Shown: in pieces, positions 38,481 to 52,880 of the stretch
Position numbering within the stretch: the stretch's first letter is position 1
Layout of the letters: each line of letters opens with the position of its first letter
NCBI GenBank assembly: GCA_013265495.1
Contig: MU058065.1
Coordinates: 9,961,720-10,025,719 of the forward strand
Source: Vicugna vicugna
Lineage: Eukaryota
Length of the DNA: 64,000 nucleotides
Direction: 5' to 3'
Program-made: the position numbers and the translations under genes
The notes under the pieces: generated by a model
Told to the model about the DNA's origin: nothing
What the model saw: the letters and a program-made list of their open reading frames with translations, nothing else
Database searches by the model: none

Positions 38481-41400
38481 GTGGTTTCTACCAAGTTAAT
38501 TCAATAAATATTTATTGAACATTTACTATGTTGAAGGCAACCTCCTCCTTTTGGGAGTATACAAAAGTGAATGGGATAAAGGCTGTCCTAAACATGCCGT
38601 GGTTTTATAATAGAGCTGAGGGGTGTACTTCATTAATTTTAGGGCTATCATACTTACGAATAAGTGATTTAAGAGTCACACAGTGCTCAAGAAGTAAAGA
38701 AGGGGAAGTGGTGTAGAACTGAACTGAGCCCCAAGGATGTGTAAGATTTTTATGGGATATAAATGGTGAGGGAAAGAGGCAGTAAAATAATTCCAAGTAG
38801 ATGAGAAACTGTAGCAAAGATACCAATTGGGCAGAGAAGCTACACAGAGAGTTGTTTTGTTTAGATAAAGCAGGATGGTAAAGAGGAAGCAATGAAAAAG
38901 AGGCTCGGAAAGGGTCTTAAAGGCTATGCTGTCTTCTGGATGCAGGAAGAATCCGCAGCACATGCTGGAATGTAGAACTACCATGACTGGAATTTTGTTT
39001 TAGGAAGTGGCAGAAGTGGGTAAGCTGGATAAAATAAGCATGGAATTAAGGTGGCCAAAAAGAGAGGGAACTAAGGATATCTATATTTACTGAACATCAT
39101 TGATATTACAGGACATTAAGTGAGGTCTTTTACATATATCATTTCTCTTAATCCTCATAAGTTTATAGAGCACATTAATTAAAAAAAAAGATATAGAATC
39201 ACAACACATAATCAGTATATATGATCATGCTGTGATAACATAAGCCAGAAACACAGCTCTAAATTTCAGGCAATGGAGTCTTCCCAGGAAACAGAAGAAA
39301 GCAACCCATTAGGATACATTTGAAAGACGAAAAGGAAGAATTTCATGTATTTTTTCATCATATCTAGGATCAAAATATTATATTTATTATATTTGGATCT
39401 AGTAGGAGAATGTTGTTGGTAAATTTTAAGCATTGTATAAATGCTAAACAATTGTATAAATGCAAACGTGTGTTTGTTACCTATAGATTGAAAACTTGGA
39501 CTCTTCCAGAAATGACAAACTTCATCTGGCATACACAGATAACTCTGGTGAACGAATGACTTTTCAGTGAGCCAAACATGGTGACTTTTGGTTTGAAGAT
39601 CATATACATTTTACAATATTGAAGATAACCAACTTTATTCTTCTTATTCTAAAACCATAAAGGAATGAGTATACATTAATTTGTTTCACAAAGATAGTGG
39701 CTCTTTGCTGTTAGTGGAGGGAGAATTCTATCTGATGATTAACAAATGATGAGAGTACCAAATAGTAAATTCTCTGATTGGAACTTATTTAAACTTCTAC
39801 TGTGACTAGTAAACAATCATTAATTTAAAAACAAACAAACAAAAAAACAATGGTCTGGAATGCAAGAACCAAGAGACAGGATTTATTAGGTGTGCACTTG
39901 AGATCTAGCGGCCTTATGAAAGGAAGATTTAACCTACAGACTGAAGGACTTACCATTTCCTAAAAGCCACCACTGATAAAACACAGAGACTACTTCAGAT
40001 TCAAAAACCCAGAACTGAGAAAATACAATGAAATTCCAACCAGATTCCAACTAGCAAATTCTCTTAAGTGGCCAAATTGTAGCCTACTTATTAAGGACAA
40101 CTTTATATGAAGACCTCTAAAAATCTCACAGAGTAGTTACTGACAGTAGTTCTTTTGTGACTTACTGGATGATTTCACTGTTTTAGAACGCCTGCCCACA
40201 TTTAAAAATTAGGAGGTATTGCACAAAAATCTAGATTCCCAGCTTTCCATGAAAAATCAGATCTAGCATGTGTGGATACAAATTCATGTAGGACAAGTGT
40301 TAGAAATTAACCTGCTCATTTAGACAAGACATGAACTCTTGAGTGTACCATGGACCTTGATGATCCCTATTACTCCATTTTTTTTTTAATACTAATATTG
40401 TTCACTTACTTGCCTGATCTGTTTCTCTAATGTAATTCAGATCTGTTGTTTCTCTAACCTGGAATTAACAGCAAAACTGGGCATTTGAAAGCTGCTCAGA
40501 TTCCTGACGTGTGTTCTACTGCTCAGCATTATAGCAATTTTTCACACATCAGATAACTTACGATGTATGTGGGCTTATTAAATTTACTTTGATTTATTTT
40601 TTCCTATTAAAAAGTGCCAAAAGTAACGATCAGCCTTCTATTTTTATAAATGTATTTATTTATGCAAAAACACATGAGAAAATTAAAGTTATCAGTGAGT
40701 AACTATACTTTATTATATTTTCTGTGGACTTCAAATGGCAAAATTTGCCTAATTTACATATACTGCAAATTTGGTATTTATTCATTTTTTTAATATCACG
40801 GGTGGCTAGACATTCACATAATAAATATCCTTTTACCTTGCATCAGTTGAACTTCAAGAAAAATTAATTACATTCATTATTTTCTGATTTATTTCTTTCT
40901 GTAATTTAAGTATCCCATGACAACCACGAATTTTCACTAATATCTGAGCAGTAGAAGCACCTTCTTGTAGCATTCTCTGCATTTATCAAGTGGTTTCTTT
41001 GAAGGATATTAGACCTATAGGCTTTTAGTGATATTCCTTAATAGTCACCTTTAATCTAGAATGAAACCTCATATGTATATCACAGCTGTCTATTTCACTT
41101 GACTTTTTATTTCACTACATCCCGTTTTTAGGCCTATCTGTATTCCATTTAACCATTAGCTAGATGTTTACACAAGCAGTTACATTAAAAATAACTCTAT
41201 GTGTATTTTGAATCCTTTTGAAATCTTGGCTGATATTCAAAACACTTCCAAAATTATGTCTTGAGTTACTTGGTAGGAAAAACATACAATTCCTGTTTTT
41301 TAAAAATTTCTGCTCGTGTATGCTAAGAACATTCATAAAGGCTTATAGTCCTCTGCAAATGGTCACCACCACCATCACTCTCCTCATTTTCTGATTCCAT

Positions 41401-42909
41401 TTGTTAAATATTACTTGGGAAATTTTTCCTTACTTTTTCTCTATTTTGAGAAAGAGTAGTATGAAAAATTAATTGCTCCTAATGATCAAGGGCATGATAC
41501 TGGAAAATTAGCAAGTGGTTTTATCTGATGTTCTAAAAAATTTGATTCTATACTTTTCCATCCTTTTATTCCCATTTCATCTTCTATTTTCTCTGACTGG
41601 CTGCCCCATTCTCTTTGTCCAATAATGATGGAATAGAGACAGAAGCCAATTTTAGGTCTTTTAGTTTACCTGTCAGCCTTCCAAAAATATTTTTACTGAA
41701 TTGTTTTCCATACTTCTTTTGACTTGGTTCAATTCTTTGTTTTGTAAACATTCATCAAGTTGGCTAAATTAATATATGTACGTGTGTGTTCATGTGCACG
41801 AGTGTATATCTTTCAATGTTGATCTGATGATACTTTGAATCTTGTTCCAGAGTGCGAACAGGTGAATGACAAATGATTAAATAAATTATTTAAGTGTAAT
41901 AAGGACAAATGCAGAATTGTTTTGCTCTCATTTAGTTTTTTAGGTCACTTTATTCAGAGAGAAAATAATGCTCCTATACATGCTGATAAATAGGTGATTT
42001 AACATATATAGTTTCCCTATCAAAGACCATACTCACTTGTGGGATTACTGCTAATTTGAGTTTCTCAATGTCAACTCATCTGATGGAATGATTAAAATAA
42101 TTAAAAGCCAAATAATGACTAATTTACAATTTGGGAGTTTTCTGGAATTAAAAAAAATAAATGTGAGAGGTTTTTTAATAAATATCATTATGAGTTAATG
42201 TACTTAAAAGAAATGGAAATGATTTTCTGAAAAATTTTCTGTTTTGGGAACAAGGGGGGTTTGATAAATATTTTTAACAGAACGAAATTCATTTTCTAAG
42301 GTTGTAAAAGATCATGTTATATAGTGTTAGTCATAGTAGGTAGAACATTGAGTTATTTAACAACATTTAACATTATTATTTAATATTAACATGATTTAAT
42401 AGAAAGAATTTAATTTTGACTTTTTTGAAAGTTAATTATATGTTTTAATTTTGAACAAACATTTGTCATTAAAAATACATATTTATGTATCTATGCTTCT
42501 GATTAGGTATTCTAAAAATACCCAAAGAATGGCATCTATTTATGATTGTATATATGAACCTTCAAATACATAGGCATTTCATTTTACTATAAAATGGTAA
42601 GCTGAAAAGAGAAAGCAACAGAGAAGGATATGGCAACACATAGTGCCATTGTTTAAGATAATTTTTAAAAATAAGATATTCATTTTTATATGAAGATGAT
42701 AATAGCATTTTTTTGACAGTAGCATTTTTTAAAGTCTATATTATGCTTGGAATCAGAGTGATCCCAATTAATAAGACTTTAACATTTTTAAAGTAGTATG
42801 TCTACTGTCTGATAAAAAGGACAAAACACTCATCTTACATAACCTTATGGGAGTATCTCTTCTGTATTATTAAAACTAACATGAGTAAATGTCTGTATAA
42901 AGGAGAAGA

Positions 42910-43100
42910 GAGTAGTGACTAAGGTCATATATGCCAGACACAGTTTGTTCAAGTTCAGATCCCGATTTGGCCACGTATCAGATGGGCTATTTTGGAAAAG
43001 TTATGTAACTTCTCTGTGCCTCAGTTCTCACAATGATTAAATGTTTTATTTTATCTATAGAGCTTAGAATAGAGAGCAGGATATATCAATATCACATAAA
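42910..43100 (+). mobile_element. MIR SINE
   Basis: GTTCAGATCCCG..TTGGAAAAGTTATGTAACTTCTCTGTGCCTCAGTT. Confidence 0.7.
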
Positions 43101-46100
43101 TACATTCTTATTTTGTCAACGTGGCATTTCCAGAGGCTGGAGTCCCTTTGAAGAGAGGAGAAAAAATGAGAAAGCGACTTATCAGTTGCTTAAGTGAACT
43201 GATTAACTGAAAAGCCCCCACATCCAAATGGCCGCAGGCACACGGAACAAAGCACATTTTACTTCTATATTTACTATCAGGACACATCCGGAAGAATGAG
43301 CTCATGAAGGCAGGATATAAAAATAAGACCATAAAGAATCTTTGCAAAAATGTAAATATTACACAAGACGAAACAACTGAAATCCTGCCAGTCACGCAAA
43401 GTGCTATCCCTATGGCAACTATAAGAAATTTTTAAGTCTTTACAGTCAGAAAAAAATAGATTATTCTCAGAAGAAGATAGGCTACTGGCCAATGAAAATA
43501 TTGTGGAAAAATAACTAACAGAAACTCCAGGTTTGGTTTTTTAAAGAATTCCTGTGATATTTGATATGTTTTTGATACAGGTCTAGACACAACACGACAG
43601 GGGATGGATGTGAAAGGAGGAAGGGATCCAAGACCTGGAAAAACTAATGGCCTAAAAAGTATTTTAATTAATTTTCCACAGTGACTTTCTTTAAGTGATA
43701 ATTATGTTGGCTTTTTAGAGTCTGATGACGGCATTTTCCCTACAGCCCGACTGGCAAGCTCTTCTCCCAAGAGTCTGCCTAGTCATCTGCTTAGTCATGT
43801 GGCCTGCTACATTTCTGATTCATTGAGAGAATGTGAATATCTTATTTTCTGAATTTGTAAGCTTTATAGAGCCCCATAGCGACAGCCTGTAATTTGTGTG
43901 TGTGTCTGTATATGTAAATTATTTTCCAATTGCACATTTTCTAGTAACTCTTTTAAACTTAAAAGAAAAAAAATCTTCCAACTAACTATTGGAAAATACT
44001 GGCTAGAGAAACTTGCATAAGAGCACCCAATGCCAAATTAATGGTTTGGTGATTACCCTTGAATTACTTTCCACATTTATGGACCAGTGAAAGCTAAGCA
44101 ATGTTGGTTTCCTATGAGGCTGCAGGGGAAACTTTTATTTGGGAAGTTCAAAGGGATAAACGTAATTAGAATGAGGAAAACATTAAGCATTTCTGTTTTA
44201 ATTTTTAAGACCTTATATGCAGTTTTAATGTTTAGCCAGAGTAACTTATTAAGAGACATCGCTAAGATCCTATGGGTATGTAAGGAAATCACAGTTGGAC
44301 TCCACTTGAGGTTACTGCTTTTTGGGGGCATCCTTCCTTTTTAAAAAAGCTTTAGGACTTCCCAGTCTAGTATCGTTGGTATCAGGAACCACAGAAACGA
44401 GCAGGAACTCTTGTAAATGTATTAAAAATATGGATTAGTTATGACAAAGTCTAGATCACAGAAGGTATACATATATTCAGGTATATATTGTGGGTTACAA
44501 GTAGCACGCCCTTTAGTTATCTTCCCTCATGTTTCATTTTCAACAAACATTACAGAAAATTAATCTCCAGTTGTGCTACCTCTTGATTCAATTTCAGCTA
44601 ACCCTTCCATCTCATTATAACCAACCCCAATCACTGGATTGGGGTCCAATGGAAGCATTTTCTTTACTTCCAACATCACAGCCATTAGTTACTGGATGGC
44701 TATGATTTTTCAAGCAGTAAGCAGTTAGCTTTTTTTTTGCTTCACATCCCCAAGGTACAAATAAATAGATACACTACTGTATTAATGCCTGTTTTACAAA
44801 GCTGCTTCAGTTGTGATATACATTTTTAACATTATAGACTGACTGCATTAGTATGAAAAATTCCAGAATGAACAAACTCATAACAATTCATTGGCAATGC
44901 CTGCTCCTCAATTAGAGGAAGTCTGTCTACTGAGCTTAGAACTGCTTGTACTGAGTGGAAACCTTCACCACGTTTCCCACAATTCCTGCAACTAACGCTT
45001 CCCTTTAGGTTGCATAGCTGTTCATTTGGGCTATATTTCAAGGTCAAGTTTCACTGACCTTTCCACTCTTCCCATCAGTAGTGAAGGGGAAAAAAAAAAG
45101 CCTGATTTTTAAGAGCTTGTTACTATTCCATTTGGAAAAGCAGCAATGTTATTTGTCCAAACATAACATCCATTCTGAAGAGAAGGCACTAGATCTGAGT
45201 AGTTTCATACTTTCCACTGTTACATGAATGTCACTGAAGGGGAAGACGAGGTTATCAGAAATTATAATCATATACTTGATCGACAGTCCATGGAGAAGCT
45301 TGCGATTTCTGCTCCCCTAGGTTTCTGTTTCCTTGTCTTGTCCTTCTTTCCACACCTGACATGTTACAGAATTTTGACAATTGCAAAACACCTCTGGAGT
45401 ACTGATTGCTCTGCCTGTGATCTCTTTGCCTACAAGGAGCTGTGTGCCAAGTCACTGACTATCACAAGAGCCTTTAAAAAGAGAGTTTACTCTTCATTAT
45501 TACTGAAGAATGCTATAGTGACTGATCTGAGGACGTCCAAGTGTCCAAAGGACACATTTTAAATCTGTTTTGTTGCAAGGCAGTGCAGAGTAAAAGCGTG
45601 GTGCAAAATTAATCTGGTCGGCAAGAGAATGCGGGGTACACAAAGCGCTTGCCGGCTGCCTCTGGAATAAAAACACTGCATTTGTCTAGACTTTATTTAT
45701 GATCTGTTTTTGGCATAACTAGTCGTTACTGCCGCAAGCCAAATTACAGCAGCCTTGTGTAACAGATTATCTCAAAAGAAGACAAATTCTAGAGCGGGTG
45801 GCTTTTTAAAATTTTAAACAAATGTATTTTTAGACTATCTTCTGTGTCCAGGAGGTCCCTAAGTCCCACAGCATTTCCAGCTTTTTTAGAATGACAAGAA
45901 AACCACAAAGAGAAGAGAGAAGGAACAGAAGAATAGCTTGTTTCTTCCCCATTTCCTGGGATCACTCTCCACGGCTTTAGGACTACCATTTTCAGGCCTT
46001 GAATTTTGCCTTCAAATCCTGCCCATTGTCTAACAGGTTTGGGAGGTCTAGGGAGGTCCCGTGGCTCCTGTGTCGGCCCCGACAGCAAGGGAGCCGAGTT

Positions 46101-47369
46101 CCTGAGGACGACATTCAGTGAAAGCTTTTCCCGAAGCACTTGTTAGTCTGATGTGTGTATTTAGGCTTCACAGCAACATTTTTTTTTCCTTTTGCAATTT
46201 AATTTGCACAAAAAGCAAGCAGTGCTCTTCTGCCTCCAAAAATATGTACGAGTGGGTGTGTATACAAGCACGGGAGAGACAAGCGGAGTGAGGGGAGAGG
46301 AAGGAGGAACTGAAGAAAAAGCTCGAATTTGTTTGTTCCACCCTTCAAGCTTCATTCGTGCTTTTCTTTATTAGAGAGCACTGCTTATTAAAGACTCTTC
46401 TGGGAGATTTTTTAATATTTGAAGAAATGGAGCTTTGAACAATGAAGATGAGGAGGGAATGTCAGAGGCACACTGAATCGAAAAATTGCCTTAGATATGA
46501 AGTTCAAAGTAAGAACTTGGTGGAGTTCTTTCTACACTCGCACCATGCACTTGAACTCATCGAGAGATCGACAGTAATGATTACAGTCCTAACCCCTGAG
46601 GGACAGTCAGTCACCTGTGATGAAATGTGTTGCCACCACACGTTCCAATGAGAGAAGGCTGTCATAAGTATATCTTACACTTGTCAAAATTTATACTTAT
46701 ACTTATTAACATTTTATATAATTTCTTGGTAAAGGAGATGACTATACACATGATCCAATGAAAGTAAAATACTATGTAACTACACGGCTATATTTCAAGT
46801 ACAGTAAATTCATATTTTGGTTCCTTATTAGGTAGAACTTCTAAGTTCTAGTCTAAGAACTTCTAGTCCAAGAAGGCCCATCATAGAACAATCCCATCTT
46901 AAGCTCTGGAAACCAGTGTTTCATTGCCCTACACTCTTTACAGTCAATATTAATAAATCATGATTTTTGAGACATATTTTATGCTTCTATATATGGCTGA
47001 AAAATCAATAAAACATGAATTAGCAAATGAACAAACTACACTGTCTCTCTGATTTTTTAAAAATCTGTGTTTTTTTGAAACTCAGGTACCAAATTGTGTC
47101 TTTAAAAACTAGATAAACAGGGACAGTAACACATAGGAATTGTTACCAGTGGCAGTAAAAAGCAGCCTACAACGACCAAAGGGTAAAGGAGTAGCCGTGT
47201 GTCAGCCCTGCCCCTGAAAATAAGGACCTGTGTGGGAGGTTTCATTTGTCTTCATTAAGCTTTGATTCAGCATCTTGTTAATACCCCCACTTGCCCAGTC
47301 CAACGCTGCCCAGTTGAAGGCTCATTATAATGTTTGCAAAACAAATCTAGGAACAGAAACCAAAGTCAT

Positions 47370-48145
47370 CACTTGCGGGGTGAGTTAAGTGTGTCCCACT
47401 GAGCGTGGTTCCACAGTGACCCCCAGAGCGGGTATGGCCGCTTTCGCGCTGCATCCCGCGTTCTTCCCTTCACTCTCAGCTCTCTTCCGATTTGGGCCAC
47501 TCTCCCTAACGTGTCTCACCCTGAAGCCACTGGCAGTTCTCCCTGGGCTCATAGTGTGGTCCAAGCAACAGGCCCCTCACAATCCCCTTTGACATTCAGT
47601 CTTACTACAATTTCCTAGGGAACAGGGGCAACGGGAGAAGAACCCCGCCCCCGCCGCACGCTTCTGCTCAGCCTCTCTCTGTCTTTGGCGCTAGTCTTCG
47701 TCACTATTCCACGTCCTTGGAGAACAGGCTGGATTTGCTACATCGAGTTTACATTTTCGTTCTCCTTAGAAAGTTCAGGATGAAATGGGTCATCCAGCAT
47801 TATTTCCTTTGGGCTTTTTTCCCTAAGAGATGATTTATTACCTAGGAACACATGCATCTGGTATTTTTTAAAAGCTCTCCAGATGATTCTGACGTCCAGC
47901 AACATTTAAGAACCACTAGCCCAGGTAGAATTTTAAGATGATTACCTTGACTGGTGTGTGGAGAATTGTTTAGAGAAACCAAGCATTCTATTTCACATGT
48001 TGATTGTACAATAACTGAAATCAGAGTCCAGGTGGAAATATTCTGATCAAAGAACAGCGGGGGGATTGGGTAAGGCGAATTGTGTTATCTTAGTGAAAAC
48101 GAAAAAAGAGATGATTGGAGCAGAGGAGTTAATTTCAAAGAACAG
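47370..48145. promoter_or_regulatory. Candidate promoter/enhancer motif cluster
   Basis: E2F-type TTTCGCGC (47442) and TTTGGCGC (47684), GC box CCCCGCCCCC (47643), two reverse CCAAT boxes (48064, 48113) and two TCF/LEF WTCAAAG sites (48046, 48134). Confidence 0.4.
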
Positions 48146-51100
48146 TCCTCTAGATGAGAGCTGTAAGCAGAAACTAAAAGGTGAATTATCCTCACAGAAA
48201 CTTTTCTCTGACACTGGGACGTGCCACCCCTCAGGGACCATCCTGCCATGGCCGCCTTATTCCTCCCAATCCTGCAGAGGGGGCTTTAGTGATGAGCGTT
48301 TACACAGACTGACCCTGGAGCAGCATGAACAGGTGGCAGCACCAGTAGGCTGAAGCCAGCAGCCCTGCACCTGGCTTTCTGAGTGATATGACCAAAGAGA
48401 GTTGGGCCTACGAGGAGGAAAAATGGTAGACGTTCTGTTGGCTGGGGGTAATTGCTCAGGAATCTTGTGAGTCATGTCCTTAGGGGCTCCTAGAGTGACT
48501 GCGAAAGATTTGTTTAGGGAGGTAGAGGGCTGGAGGTCCCATAATAGCAATTAGGGGGTGGTAATCCGAAGAAGCATGTGTTACCCGCAAAAGAATAATG
48601 CATTCATTCATACATTATCGAGAGCTGAGTGCACTAGGACGGCTGCCAATTTTTTTCTCAGGTGTAACTCAGTAATCCACACTGTCCAGCTCCGGACAAC
48701 ACTGGGGGGACTGTGGGTGACTGGGAAGAGCTGACTTTTGTTCTTGTTAAATACTAAATGCAAGGCTTGCATCAAGACAGGATTATCAGTGACAGGATCT
48801 CTTCACTTCCCCAAGCCGTTTTCAAAGGACTAAAGGAGGCACTAGGATCAGAGATTTCCCTCCATCTTGTGTAGATACTAAGTTATTTGGCACCATTGCT
48901 GTTGTAATTATTTCTAGCCTCATGGAAGGTAAGTTAAGCAAGAGAGAGACCAAGACATCATATAACACCCTAGGGTCATGGAAAAAGGACTGGCTGCTGC
49001 TCTAAAAGTGATGAGTGGCCTCAGGGAGCAGAGTCACACTTACCAACTGCAAAACTTCTTTTGGGGGTTGTTGTAAAGATGGCCGAAGATAGCATCCAGG
49101 AAGGTAGCTAGTATGGTACCTACACGTACTGGATAGTCGCCAAATACTTATTTTAATAGAAGTGAGTATATAGATCAGTAAAAAGGAAAATTATTTAATA
49201 AGCTCAGAGTCATTTGATTCCTTAATATCTGATTTATTAACTAACAATTACATTTGTCCAATATGTTGAAAGAACTCTGCTACAGACCACTAATACTAAA
49301 AATGTTGAAAACTGTTTTCTAACTTTTATTGTCTAAATAGAATACAGTTAGTCAAAACCTTATATCAGTGAATTATTAGTATGCACAGTAGGAATGAACT
49401 GGTTATATGCCAGTCTCCATTAGAACCCTACAATTTAGAATCTTATGCATAAAAATATTAATTGGTATCTCATTTAAACTGCATGACAATGTTAAATTTA
49501 AGAAAATTCTTCAGTAGTCAGTAGTGAGCCTACATTTAAATTTTTGAATGATTATTATTGATAATATTAAAAGTCTAAGAATTAAGTTTTTGCTCAAGAG
49601 ATATATTAGACCTTTATAAAACAAATACATTTTAGATACGAGAAAAAGGTAGAGACTAAACCAAATTACATGCTCATATAATTTTTAATGCTAACATTTA
49701 TAAATAAGTTGAATGCATTTTACACAATAGGATATACCTGCATAAGGATATAATTTTTGAATTATGGATTTCCACAAATGATTGTGTATCCAACTTTTCA
49801 CTACGTTTTTTCCCAGTGTATATTCATTTCATATCTGCCGAAGTACTGATGCAAAGCCAATTCCCCAATGCACATTTGGTGATGCACCACTTCTGTGCAG
49901 ACTCACTGACACTAGCCAATCATCAGGTACCAGTGTCAGCTTTACTCTGTCCACGACAGACCAACAACTACTGAGCAGGCTGACCATCATGTATTTTTCC
50001 AACCACGTGACACTCTACTTAGACTATTCAAAATAGACATTTGGAAGACAGATCCTAATGCACGATGGCTAATAGCTGTTGATTTACCATTCTTACATTT
50101 CCTGGGGGAGAAATCAACACCTGTGGTATGAAAAACGCATACTATAGACTGTCTACGGTGTTTGTTTTCTGTTTTGAAAGATGCTGATTTGCCACAGATG
50201 CCGATGTACATTATAATGCCTGGAATACTGTATGCTCGAAGAGGGTGAAAATGCTGATGCTACCCAAACATGCACGAGATGCCTGATGCCTACTCTGTAA
50301 TGCACCCAAACTGCTGGCACAGGTTCAATCAGTAAATAAACATAAAATCGCTTTTTCATTTTTAGATACAATTTTATCAAAACCAGCTTATATTCTTTCA
50401 TAGGGGTGGGGAAGGGTGAATACAAAACGGTATTTGTATCTTAAATCTGAAGGCAGAGGAAATTAAATGCAATGCTAATTCCATGAACAGATTTTGATTA
50501 GAGACATGGTTACTCTTGAAAATGGGGAAGATTTTCTGTGCACTTTTGGTGGCTCTCTTGAGTTCCTCTGATTAGAGGCGTTAAAGATTATAAGGAAAAG
50601 GGACCTGACTTGGCAGTGTTACATCTCAGTATTTAGAATCTAGCCTTGTAATTTGTCTTGTCCAGAAATGGTAGGTGTGCATTGAGGGTGGGCAGCAGTG
50701 GGATAGCAAATAATATATAATGTATCAACTGTCTCTAATAGATAGAGCATGGTTGGTTAGAGCTTCCTGTAAGAGAGAGATGGTTCTCATTGAGGGTATG
50801 GCTTGAATATGTGAGGACATAATAACATGAACACTTGACTTTCCATGTTAGTGTAATAAGCATGCTAATTTAAATTTCTGACTTAGTCATAAATGATATT
50901 CATTCCTCAAATTACACAGATTAAGAATAACAGAGAATTTCTATTTAGAAACTATTTCAGTGATGCTGTGTCTCTTATGAGGACCACAAGCGGAACTTTA
51001 TATCAATTTTAATAAATTTTATGATTGTATCTTGTATTTCATTTGTTTGGGGGCAATGAGTAAAGTAGTATCTCCTTTTAATAACCCACCTAAACTATTT

Positions 51101-52208
51101 GTGCCTTTGTATGGCTGACAGCAGTCATGTTCTTTACTCTATTTTGTCTGGAGACTCTGCAGGTGGTCTCCAGGTCAGGTCTGCTTGGATGCCACCTCCA
51201 CCGTCTAGAAGAGCACAAGAGCCCCCTCGGGAGGCTGGGGACAGTGCAGCCACCATTTGCAAGCACTGATTTTGAAGGCTTCCCTGCTCTGCCCACCCCT
51301 GCCTTTGGAAACCACCTTCCTCCATTCTGACAGGTTTCCATAACACTGTGTGTTGGGGAAAAAGTCTTCAGGGGAGTTTTTTTGCCTTTTTTGTGCCAGA
51401 AAGCCCATGAAATCTCTATGCAAAAATTTCCATAACCTTCCCAGAAACTTTAAATTGTATAGCAATAATTCTTCCTGCAACAAAAAGTGAAGTTTCCCTC
51501 ATTGGCCAATGCACCCCACTGGATGACAACCACCAGATTTTGGTTTTGTTCATATTTCTTTGTTTCTTTTCAAAGCTTCCAACAAAATCATTTAGACAAT
51601 AATAAAATATTTAAAATAGTGTAAAGCTGGAAAGTGCCTAAATGTCAGATTGTTTTTGATTTAGAGCCTCTAGGGAGGAATAATTTGGTTTCATTAACTA
51701 AAGTGGCTGTTCCTCTAACTCTGGCAAATCAACAGTGACTTGGGAACAGTATCTGTACAGGAAAGAATAAAGAGGAGAAAGAATGGGTCATTAATAAAAT
51801 TAGGATTGTGAAAATCCTGTAAAAACTTGGTTTACATAACTGTAATTTTGAAGAATTATTATTAAAACTAAGATTGCATGTAAGATTATATTGAACAGAT
51901 TATTCAAGATAACATGAATTAGTATCCAGGGGGATCAGATCCTAAATTGGGAGTCTATGGTTCCAGGTTATAGTTTCTAATTGAACTAGGGAGAGTAGAG
52001 GCTTATCAGTATTTCTGGAATTTCTGGATGGTTTTTTTCTCTGAAATCAGTTGAAAACTATCCGAGGTAGCTGGCAGAGCTGCCCAGCAGCTGCTCAAGT
52101 TACAGCTACAACAGCTGGATCATTACAGCTGCTGCTATAACAAAGAGGACTGCCAAGACCCAGGAAATGGCTACATAACTAGAGGTCTGATTTTTCCTAA
52201 CTTGTCAT

Positions 52209-52223
52209 GAAAAAGAAAGAAAG

Positions 52224-52301
<78 letters not shown>

Positions 52302-52436
52302 GAAGGAAGGAAGGAAGGAAGGAAAGGAAAGGAAAGAAAAAAAGAAAGAAAGAAAGAAAGGAAGGAAGGAAGAAAGGAAGAAAGGAAGAAAGAAAGAGAG
52401 GAAGGGAGGAAGGGAGGAAGGGAGGAAGGGAAGAAA
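52209..52436 (+). repeat. Compound (GAAA)n/(GGAA)n/(GGGAGGAA)n polypurine microsatellite
   Basis: 228 consecutive purines on the + strand. This explains the low-complexity ORFs at 52171-52479. Confidence 0.98.
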
Positions 52437-52690
52437 TATGAAACCTAACAATTGTTTCCATGATATCTAAGATGTTCAAAGAAATATTTGAACATTTCTG
52501 CTTGCAATATCAAAAGAATCTGAAACAAGAGCCAGTCTAGAGACCAAAGCTGTTAGTTATCATTCATTACGTTATGTGATTTTATAGCATATGGTATAAT
52601 GCTTTTGAACATAAGAAACATTAAAATACAGGGGAAAGTTTGGAATAAACAGAATAATAAAACCTTAAACACTGTCTAGAATTGACCTAT

Positions 52691-52808
52691 TCTTTCATTC
52701 AACAAATTTCTACTAAACACTTAATCTGAACCAGGCACTTAGGTTGGCACTGAAGATACAGTGATGAAAGAAAGATAAAAACTCCTGCCTTTTTGGAGCT
52801 TGCCTTCA
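52691..52808 (-). mobile_element. L2 3' end
   Basis: TTCATTCAACAAATTTCTACTAAACACTTA..CCAGGCACT..GATACAGTGATGAA..CCTGCCTTTTTGGAGCTT. Confidence 0.75.
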
Positions 52809-52880
52809 ATATCTTTATTTCATCCATTAATTCTATAGTTTCTTTAATTCAAATAAATGATCTATTATCCGAAATGCTCA

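Noticed and set aside
38500..38519. Perfect 20-bp palindrome TTCAATAAATATTTATTGAA
   Set aside because: This is the ordinary AT-rich L2 3'-end motif, common genome-wide.
43100..43660. Exon- or pseudogene-like A-rich segment (GHIRKNELMKAGYKNK..)
   Set aside because: Stops in all frames over the block, no recognisable homologue, and the apparent GT..AG intron (~43511-43560) is only ~50 nt.
52171..52479. K/E/R-rich and F/L/S-rich ORFs
   Set aside because: These are translations of the (GAAA)n/(GGAA)n microsatellite.
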